Source of the DNA: Fimbriosthenelais zetlandica
Taxonomy: Eukaryota
Assembly: GCA_977030845.1 (NCBI GenBank)
Contig: OZ365113.1
Span: 14,384,001-14,448,000 of the forward strand
Direction of reading: 5' to 3'
Length of the DNA: 64,000 nt
The translations under genes were made by a program, and so were the position numbers. Shown piece after piece: positions 53,801 through 64,000 of the stretch (position 1 is the first letter of the stretch; each line of letters opens with the position of its first letter). Below the pieces are notes generated by a model. The model saw nothing but the letters and a program-made list of their open reading frames with translations. It was not told where the DNA came from and made no database searches.

Positions 53801-54406
53801 TAGATTCATTGCTATAATCAGTTGCCAGTAACAAGTGTTATTTCTGTCGCTCTGCCTCTCTCCCATCTTCTTGGCACACTGCTCAGTCCACTCCCCCTCC
53901 CCTCACCACCAGCACCCTATCTTACCTACCCTACCTATTCGCCCCTGACTAATCCAACCAAGGCCTTGCTATCTCTTATACCCCAGGGGCTCGTCATCAG
54001 ATACCATTTCTGTGGCGTGACATATGTGGCTGCTGCCTGGAGTGGTGGTGGATGGATCCTTGGATTGGTGGATCGCTTCCCCCTGAATAATACCACAGGG
54101 GGAATAGGCATTATCCAAGGATTAAAAAGACAGATCATCTCCCCATTCAGACTTAATCAGACTGCGTCTGTGGAGGACTATACAATACCTCTCACATTGT
54201 GTACCGTACCACTCATTTTTATGGTCAAGTCTGGGTTTTCATTGCATTTCATAGAGTCACTTATACTCTTTCTCCTCTCTTATTCTCCTGCTTTATTATT
54301 GCCTCATTATAAGGGATCCCATTTTCGGTAGCTGGGTGTGTATATATATGTACCTGGTTGAGGAGGAGGAGGAGGAACTGAAGGTGACTTGGTGGTACAG
54401 GTGAGA

Positions 54407-54446
54407 ATGAGGGATTACCCACGCCAGCCAGCTACTTACTGGCAAG
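54407..54446 (+). other. Candidate short alternative first coding exon (MRDYPRQPATYWQ, phase 1)
   Basis: ATG followed by a consensus donor AAG|GTGAGT. A competing phase-2 reading 54348-54400 ends at CAG|GTGAGA. Confidence 0.3.
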
Positions 54447-56000
54447 GTGAGTGTCACTCAACTCTCTTTCTCTTTTATATATAGGAAATCAATCACTCCT
54501 CAGTGCTTTACTCTGTCATTTAGAAACACATTGATATCGCATCTATGCTCGTATGAAACCTGTGTTGTATTTCTATTGTATCAGTGTACAATATATACAG
54601 GGTTATGGCAGAACACATCAGATCAATGTTGCTTCGATCACTGGCTATTTCCATTTTTATTCAATTTTGCTTCCATAATGGTAAATTATTGGGAAAGTGA
54701 CGTGTTATAGGAGGGTTAAGAGCTATTGAAATGAGGACCCGCCCATGAATTTAGGCGCGCTTTGCATGTTACAACGTGTTTACAGGGGAACAATGTTATT
54801 AACCACTTTTATTCTCATTGTTAAAAACTTTTTGAACATGATTCACGTCAGAGACAGGGTGCCTCATGAACGTTTGGACGTGATTGATTCAGATAACATC
54901 CATATATAAAGTAATCTTTAAAATGTTCACCTTTCTGTGGCAAGAATATTGTTGATTAACTATCACGAAAAGATTATGAAGAGGGTTCACAAGTTAATAA
55001 TGTTAATACCCCATCTGAAGTAGGACTGTTGTATGAAGGTAAAATGTATGGGAAAGAGGAGTCTATGTTCTATGTATATAAGCTGTGTGTAATGGTTCCA
55101 TGGACCTCATCCAGATATGTACCCTGCCAATGCAGGACAAAGATAAACTGGCACTCTGCACGGAATTTCCATATAATTACAGCTGCGGAATAAGAAAGGT
55201 GGCTTCCTTGGCTATAGGCAATATGAAGTACTAATCTAACACCGTGATCATGGACGCATACAGTCATTTCCTCTCTCTATCTCAGTCCATGCTCTATAAA
55301 TTACTAAACTCTTCATACCTTCTTCGTAACACAATGCTGTTCCTTTGTTCTCTCGGATATGTATTTCATGCTTAAATTGATTGATTAAATTGATTAGTCC
55401 CAAAGAGGCACGTGTAAATTTAGTATGTTGTTGCCAAGAAGCCATTCTTGTTGCAGGTCATATGCATGTTGTGAGTTGTTAGTTGGAAGCGAGCAGCTCA
55501 TTAAGTATTAATTACCCCCTTACCCTCTACCAGTGAGTACCTTCATCCAATTGCTTGGGGAGCAATTGCTCCTGGAAAACAAGGGTTGCTGGTATGCAGC
55601 ATACCATTTACTAGCGTCTATTCTACTGCCAGACCATGAACCAACGCCCAACCATCACCACCCAGTGTGAGCAAAATCAGCACCGGCAGCGGCTGTGGTT
55701 AGAATGAGAGGCATTCCGAGCTTCTCTGTCAATCCCCTTCGATCTGACATAACATCCCTAAATCTGTAAACACACTGTGAAGAGATTAGTGGATTAACAG
55801 AGGGGCATGGTGGGCGGCCGGAGGAAGCAGGGGATATACGGAGGAGAAAGGTCATTCCTGTTCCTCACATCTGTAGCATTATAAAAATTCATAACGGAAG
55901 CAATTGCTAAGTTGGTTATTTTGAGGTCAGGTCGAACATAAGACAAGCCTGTATACTACTGTGAACTCTATACCGGCCGGCAGAGAGATATATAGAGATT

Positions 56001-56103
56001 ATGTGGTTGATAAATGTCACTACATTCTATATTTCAACCTCTTTGGCATATATGACCAAAGTCTTCCAGATACTCTGGGATGTCACAGATTATGGTGACT
56101 CAG
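56001..56103 (+). other. Candidate alternative first coding exon (MWLINVTTFYISTSLAYMTKVFQILWDVTDYGDS, phase 1)
   Basis: 34 open codons from the ATG to a consensus donor CAG|GTGAGT. Confidence 0.35.
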
Positions 56104-59100
56104 GTGAGTGATGCTGTAGTTTTGGCTCGTGTCAGGAGCTGTATTGACTATTCGGCCATTGTCGCTGGCTTCTCTCTCTCTCTCTGTATGGCTGGCTTCC
56201 TCTTTCCTTGACGCTTTGCTTCGCCAGCCCTTCATGCACACTCAACTCATTGAAACACCGTTGAAATTAGCCCTTGAAATATTTTCTTATTTGATTTGCA
56301 TGGTTATTTTTAATAGGCATGCATTAAATAATCATGCCGTGCAACGAAGAAAATATTTTAATCTTAATTCAAACCTACAATGCATTGTGACGCATTTGTT
56401 TTATTTGTTTAATCCCCCTCCCCAGAATTCTCTTGGGATGTGAAACACCATTTGGGTTATATTTCTCTCACGTTGCTCTTTATCCCAGTATAATATTTTG
56501 CTGGTCGTTCCATATTGCTGCCCCTCCCATGTGCCATGCCGTGTCCATAAAATGGCAATAAAGTATAGGCATGACTCAGATCTAGGCTCTAGTTAGATCT
56601 CTAGTACTCTGATGTATATAAAAACATACGCAATGAAAAATAGTGATCGAGTATTCCCTCCAGGTCCAGGTTCGCGTTACAGCTGGGCATACAAATCAAT
56701 GGCTTCACAAATATAACAAAAAAAACCCTGGATATTCAGACATATTCAATAGGTGGCTAGACCATTTAATGAGGGCAATGTATCAATCTCTTGGCAGGAA
56801 ATCCTGGCTTTTGTTTAGGCCGTTATAAGTACCTAAAATATAAAAAAAAAATTACATTAAACCAAGTAATAAATCAAACTTAAATGTGCGAAGATTAATA
56901 ATTATACCCTATTAATCTAATTAATAATATTATTAATTCCCACCGTGTGAGCAATAACAAAGCCTGAGTTGGACGGGAGATATATTTTTATCTGACATGG
57001 ACTCTATTCATTGCCTGACATTATGATATATACCTGATGGTATAGCACTCTTTTGTAACCTTATCCCCGGGACTACCCGCTTCACCATATAAAATATTCA
57101 TCGGATCATTTGCTGCGTCGACCTCTAAGTGCGCACAAAAGCCATCTCATAAACAATCCCCATCTCTTACAGATATGTTTTTCTTAACAGGTCGGATATA
57201 GGCCTATCTAGTACAGGCGACATCATTTTGTTTTCTAAAATGATTGTTTTAGAAGTTATTTTATTATATTGTTTTGTTGTTGTTATATTTTGGGATTATA
57301 TTTGTTTTTGCATTTTGTTTCTGACCTAATTTTCTTTTTAAGTTCAGTAGTTACTGATTGGGCAATGATTTTCCAACATGCTTTCTTTTTTAAGTTATAT
57401 CCCTTACCGTTATAGCCAGTACAAGTTTGCCATTCCGTTATACTACTAGCACACCCACTGCCTGCACACCCATGCCACCTATAGGTTACTGCGACAACTA
57501 CTGCTTATTGTAGTTGTCTCTTATGTGTCCCATATTCGCGAAAGATTTAATCTATCTTGCTGTCCTACATTAGAAATTCCACGATTATCTCAACTTCTTT
57601 TAAATTGACCAGCAGAAACTCAATTTTCTCCGTTTATCTTTGCATTTTTGATGAGCAGGTGTTTGCGGTATGGCAGTGGATCTTCTGTGCATATTTGGTA
57701 ACAACCCCCCTCCCCTGGATTTAATTTAAGCATTTAGTTTTTATACTGTAGTTAATATCATTCCATTTTTGATTTGTCGAGTTGAGACTTTTTGGTTTAA
57801 CCAGGATTAGCATCGATTTAATTAAAGGAGATTAGTCAGAAAAGTTAAGTAACATTAGACAAGAACGAAAGCTTATTTAGCATTTATCCGTTTCATTGTA
57901 GGCCTATAGCATTTTGTGATGAGGGAGGGGGCTTTATAAAGGCATGTGCACTTTTATACATTATAGCCTTTCTCATATCGCAATCAAACTGAAAAACGAA
58001 TGTGAACAATGAATGTTTTTAAGCGACAATCGATGTGGAACTAAAAGCCCCTATGCCACATTTTGTCCTCGGGACTCTTTTTAGTCTTTGTTATATCCAG
58101 ATTGCGTTTATGCTTGGGCCATGACCTTTGTTGAATAATGCAGAAGGAACTATGAAAGACCTCTGAAAATTTTCTTTTCATTTGATCAGCCGATAGAGTC
58201 GAGCTGGTGCATTCGTCCTTGCAGGGCTATATTAATGCGATAACTAATCTCAGAGTAATCTATTTGTAGAATGAATTAAAAGTAAAGATCCGTCATAACA
58301 CTGATCGATAACGGTCAGAATTAATTCACCTGACAAGCTTGCCATATTAATTACCTCAAATACTGAAATGGGGCTTGGGACCACATTTATTCACGTATTG
58401 AGGTTTTTGAACACTGCCAGCGGCCTGTGGCCATCGACATGGTGTGGCAGCATTAGAGGCTGACCCAGTGGGAACAATCACTTAGCAATGTATAGAGACC
58501 TCCAGAGGGACGGAGAATGGATCTAGCCTTGTGTGAATGCAAGTAGAAAGACCATAAAGGCGTACCACGGAAAAAAAGCTTAGCTTGGCGTGCATTAACC
58601 AGATTGCAAACGTTGGCCAAGTAATTAGCTGAACAACCAGGGAATTTCTAGAAGCCATTTGAAAGGGAGACCGAAAACTTCGGCTAAACAAGTGGAAAGT
58701 TGGAAAAGTGTTTTAAACTTCTGGAAAATACATAAGGTAAATTATTCTCTCCTATAACAATAACTGCTCCTGACGTAAAGTTAGCAAATTGTTATGCCAT
58801 TGGAAGCCTGCCTTGGGATTAGTCACATGATCTGTATTTGGTTATGATTAATCACGTTGCATTAATTGATTTTACTTTTCTTTGACTAGTCCAGGCTGCT
58901 ACTGTGTTTGGGGAATTGGATGTCGATGGTGACACGTGTTAGATCATTTTAAAGCCTTGTTTACGCTCTTTAAAAGTTTTTTGTGAGTTCCATGGAAGAC
59001 GCACATAATGATGTACATGTACCCAAGTAGCCTACTGAAGTTTCACAGTATAGGGGGTATGATACTTGTAGTATTAAAGCTTTGCTTTCTCCTGTGCTGG

Positions 59101-62100
59101 AAAATATATCCACGTATATTTACATCACAAATATGAATAATACAAACAGTGCGGCCCTTTGATATAATATATATATAGGGTCTTTAATATAAGCCTAAAT
59201 AATCTACACAAAGGACATGGCACGAAGTTAGTATTAGCGAGGGGAGGGGATTAATGATACTTTCAATCATCCTGTATATATCCATTAACTAAGCACCCTC
59301 TGGCCTTATGGCAGTGGTGGAATCACTTGTGTATACAATGGCTTACCTGCAGGCATGGCTTGTACAGATATAACCCTGCCAATCTGGCAGGTCAGAGTCA
59401 ATGCCATGGAAAAGTATAAGGTGTGTGAAATGTGCCACATGATCATATCATCTACATAGAGCAGCAAATATGGAGAAACGAGCAGGCGCCAATAAGGCCC
59501 AAAGCAATATTGCAGCATTGGAAATATCCACACAGCTGCCCCATAGATATTACGGTCATACATATAAGCAAATAGCAATATCTATATAATCATATGTATC
59601 ATGTATTCGTGTTCACAGCATACTGTGAAATACTTATAGTCAAACTTAAAAATGGTAGGAAATCGAGCAGCTTCCACCAGGTGTGGTGCCAAACGTAAAT
59701 GTTATGACTCATACACATGGCCCCCACTTTATGACATTTCATATTCATTTATGCATGCCATGATATTGTCATGTGCTACTGAGAAGCACACTTGTGTATT
59801 GTTGAACTCACAAACACATTTAATTATTAATAATTATTACCTACATCTAGGGCACTCATAATAGATCGAGGGTTATGAGCCTATAGATGTATACATACGG
59901 TACACATGCATGGTTCCTGCAAAAAGGTTAATCTTGTCAATAGTTAAATGGTAATTCCTGTACCACAAATTGTATAGGTATACAAAATTGTACCGTATAC
60001 TACATGAAAAAAAGCTGCTGTAAACACCAGCTCCAAAACCGAGATGAGAAAATTCCGTCCTCGCGTTTTGAGACTTGTATTGCCGGCCGCTAGAGGGACC
60101 ATGTAGGTGTCTGTGAATGTCAATGTCTGACCTCTGCCCTCTTTGAAATATAGCCAAACTTGCTGAACCACTACACCTCTATGTGTGATTGTAGTGCCCG
60201 CCTCTCACTAGCGTTAAACAACATGTAGCATGCAGAATGTCAATTTGTTGCTGTGGTAAACATAATGGATCAGTTGTTAAATTATTCTAAAATTTCATTT
60301 TAAAACGTTTTTTAAATGCCCAAACTACTCACTTTTGATTGCCGAAATTTGATTTTGATTCATCCATTTGGGATATCTGCTCTTAGTAAAGAAAAATTGA
60401 CCAGGTAGTTGAATAATGATGGAGAATATTAACACCATTTTGTTCTCCGATAAAAACTTTTAGAAAACCGATCTCATGTGTCATGACTACACTGCGCAAT
60501 AACCACAATACCACTGCAGGCCATTCTGCTGGATTAACCGAGACTAATCATAATTAACAGAAGAAACCTGGTTTACTTTTTATGCCAACCAGGAAAACAG
60601 TTACCAAGAGGTTATTGTTAATTGACCTTTTGCGCAAGCGGTGAGACATTGTGTAGGAGATATTTAAATGAACGAAACAGATATTCATAGTACTGCCATA
60701 AAGTGAAATAGCGTACAGTATCTTGAGGGGACAATTGGGAGGGTCTTGCCCTACAGGAATACCTTACATGCTAGTCATAATTATGGCTGGGCATGTGATC
60801 GTACAATTATTATTCTTTCGGGAATCGCCGCCTTTTCTGCCATTCACGACAATAGATTTCCTTCCATGTAGTCTCGTTTCCACCCCACCTCCCCACTCTA
60901 CCCTCCCTCGGTTGTCACAGAAGGTATTTTGAATACCTTTTATTAAACCAAAGTCATTTTTTAAATGCACATTTCACCATGGCTTGGATCACCAACAGCT
61001 TTATGAGAGTGTGGTCTGGGGTAACTGTGAAGACACCCCTGTGTACAATAGAGCTCATTTGTCCCATGGCCTGCTCACTTATCAGGCTAGCCCAGATGCA
61101 TGCCCCTCGTTTCCCCTTACACACCCATTCGATTTTTCAATCAATTACATAACTTCACTATCAGTTGGCTCAAATCGATCGATGCTTTAATCGGATAATA
61201 TTAAATACTATAGGATTAAATGGGGAATAATATAAGTCGTGGGATTTTCTTTTCATGAACGCTGTTGGCAATGAGATCAGTGAATATAAACGATTAGCCT
61301 GTGTGTTCTCGGCTTAATTCGCTCAGCAGGGGTTATGTCGAGGCCAGCCCTCCTCGATGATCCAAGTTGTTAATGGGGTTTATGACCTTTGGACTTTTTA
61401 GCCTTTTCACATAGATGGGAGCTGGGGAAAGGGGATCTGGGAAAGGTTGTATGAATTTTCCAAGATTAATAATTGAAATCGATTTATTCGAACAAATGTC
61501 AGATGAAAAATGCTAAGTGTGACAGATAGCGACAATATTAATGTTCTACTAATGAGACTTGTACGTGCTTAGAATATTGTCCTAATGCATTGGCCGTATT
61601 GTTATTATAATGTTGCTGTACTGCCAACTTTAAATGAGTTAGGCACTTCAATTGTTATAGGTGAATGCTAATATATGCATGCCTATTACCTTCTTGACTC
61701 CCTTTCAATCTGAGTATCAATCGTTGATGTGGTCAACTATTTTTTGGCCATACTAATATACCACTTCTTTGTTTTTGTGGATTCCTATAGGAAGGGAGAC
61801 TCTCTAACCTAAATGACTGTGAGTATTTGTGATTAGGAGCTTGGGTTAGACTGGGTAGGACCATTAACGGGCTTTAACTATTCATGGCTCAGTGTGATCT
61901 CTATGGGTTTGTCTGTCCATTTAACGAAGCGCTTAGATGATTAATCAGCATCGTTGAAACGATCACCTCGAACAAAGACTTCCTCGCCACAATGATTCAG
62001 TCAGGTTGTCCTTGTGCTAGGACAATGCTGCTGAATGATCGCCATCAGCTCTACTTTCCGAACATTCAAGAACTTTCCTGTGACATTGATATTGTACAGG

Positions 62101-63552
62101 AATAATCTCTTGAAAAAACTACCTGCTATTCTATGAGTGTTTATGACATGAGATGCTGACATACCTAGTTTATTGTGGCCGGGTCAGGCACCTGTATAAT
62201 AATGCAGCTCACGTGTAGGAGGAACCCCTATAGTTCACCCTCACCTGGTCTTGTCCTCCACTCTTCACAGTCCATGTATTTATACAGGAGGTTCCGGTGG
62301 TGGTACCCTACACCCCAGACATAACATGCTCCTCCTTAACCTCCTGCCTACTGAGCATAACCATCAGCTGGTTTTTCGCTCAAGACAGGAACCTCCGAAA
62401 TTGAACAATCAGTTTTCCTTTTTCTATTTTTATTAAGGGGTTTACTTAAGTGATTGGAACAAGTGGATTTATTGCTGGGTGTTACTTCAACCTTTTTGTC
62501 GACGTTGAGATTTACTCGATCTACTATTCTTGATTATACGTTCTAGGGTTGTCAATGTGTGGTTTTCTTCATACTTATTATGCATGCTTCGCATTACTCG
62601 TGAACGTGGGGAAAATTCTGATTAGTGCTCCATTTCCCATGAGAGTATGCGTAAGGAGAAATCCATGTAAAGGTTGATCCGAGTGGCTGAAACGAAATTA
62701 TATAATTGTTCCCGTATCAAACCCTTTTCGTTCAGTTTTGTTTTGAAAGACTGAAAATATTTCAGTACATTATATAGGCACTACATTCATATAATTCCAT
62801 ATCAGTCCGGATCATCTTACTTATAATATTCATCTACAAATATACAGTCATACGGTTCACATGATAAGCTTATTGACCGTGTTAATGGTTTATCGATGTA
62901 ACAATCAATATAACTATCAATTGTGAATAAAGACGGCATAGGTCTGGTCTAAGCTTCCATGCAGATAGAGTAAAGTACTGGAATTTAAACTTAAAAAACA
63001 CAGCATATTTACATGGTACTATTGACAGTCGAAATTATTTATTAGAATCTAATCAATAACAATGCTTTTGATGTAAACAGACGGAATTTCCCTACCTGGT
63101 TACAACCGATAACTGATTATATAGTGTATATAGTTGAACATCTTGGTGTTTTATGACACCTGTCTAATTTATCATTGTCAGATACACCTGCACCAGAAAT
63201 TTAGAGCCAAAGTTTGCAGATTTTAATCATGCATGTTATCCGCATTAGCCGAGGTGTGGAGTAGTAGGTCTGCGAGTTGTCTGTTTTTGACTGGCTTCAG
63301 GTGTGCTATACCTAACCCCTCATGTGATAAACCAAGGGTTTAGTTGCCCTCACACTTGGCCTTCATCCCCCCTGTTTTGGCTGGGAGACAACCAATACCA
63401 GGTATGATGTGTATAATGCATGTGAGGTAGGGGGTTGTAAGGGTGGGGGTGGGGGTAAGTAAATCCTCGTGCCATTCAGGCTCTGTGCTTGTGGCATCTA
63501 CTGGAGGAGGGAGAGGAAGCGCCAAGAGCTCCTCCAGGGCTGACATTCCACG

Positions 63553-63564
63553 CCACTAGGGGGC
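63553..63564 (+). promoter_or_regulatory. CTCF-like core motif
   Basis: CCACTAGGGGGC matches the CCASYAGRKGGC core; motif match only. Confidence 0.4.
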
Positions 63565-64000
63565 CCCTCCCTCTGCTCCCTCTCCTCTCATTCTGCTTTC
63601 CCTGTGAGGAGAGTATAAGGTATGTCAGATCAGTAGACTGATGGCGTCCGAGTCGGATGGATGGCTGTGGTATGTAACAGTTGATTTATGCCATATTTAG
63701 ATTTGATTTATTAGTTTTTTTTCTTGTGTTGTATTTTTCTGCATGCTCCATCATGTTTTGAGGGTTTCTTTCTCGTTCCATCTAGAGAGCCACTGTTCAT
63801 TTCTCGGGTTTAAAGTGGAAGCAGCATTGATGATCCAACTAAAATAGATTAACACTAATGTACATTGTGCAAGATATATGGCTTTGGATTTTTCCTATCT
63901 TGCAGCTATCTTATTTTATACTCAGCTTTTCTTAGAAATTTTTATTTACCGGGTATTTTTCGACTTATTTTATCACTGCGATAATCAGGCATTGTCGTGT

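Noticed and set aside
53822-54331. 169-aa plus-strand ORF
   Set aside because: Non-ATG start, built from CT-rich low-complexity sequence, no domain or splice context.
59306-59578. Minus-strand ORF containing LLLYVDDM, like the copia reverse-transcriptase YxDD motif
   Set aside because: Flanking residues do not resemble any RT subdomain and there are no LTRs or integrase nearby. Treated as chance unless an HMM search hits RVT_2.
63340-63546. Minus-strand ORF MSALEELLALPLPPP
   Set aside because: Explained as the complement of a GA/G-rich plus-strand tract; no further minus-strand exons found.
1-64000. CRISPR arrays, operons, rRNA/tRNA genes, selenoprotein or readthrough signals, intact transposases
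   Set aside because: None seen. The DNA is spliceosomal-intron-rich animal sequence and the modelled stop codons are ordinary.

Overview
Intron-rich animal genomic DNA, probably a marine invertebrate bilaterian (species not identifiable from sequence). There is no prokaryotic content, CRISPR array, rRNA, tRNA or intact transposon. The first 39 kb is gene-dense. It holds the 2.3-kb terminal exon of a p130Cas/BCAR1-family gene (+), CFDP1 (-, 8 exons), and TMEM170 (+, 3 exons, head-to-head with CFDP1). Next come a ~2,300-aa CUB/C-type-lectin/EGF type-I membrane protein (+, ~21 exons), an F-box/LRR gene of the LRRC29/FBXL9 type (-, 2 coding exons), and peroxisomal Lon protease LONP2 (+, 16 exons, head-to-head with the F-box gene). 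The last 25 kb has one orphan 481-codon acidic exon and several candidate first exons or regulatory motifs of an unidentified + strand gene whose body probably lies beyond the window. Best leads: (1) a U12-type minor-spliceosome intron in LONP2; (2) five genes whose human orthologues all lie on 16q, including the BCAR1-CFDP1-TMEM170 triplet; (3) an uncharacterised CUB/CTLD/EGF receptor with an ~800-aa tail ending in a PDZ motif; (4) strong enrichment of TA-flanked palindromic octamers resembling DNA-transposon excision footprints; (5) two compact bidirectional promoters. All gene models were spliced by hand and no database searches were run. I found no evidence for a wholly new biological system.
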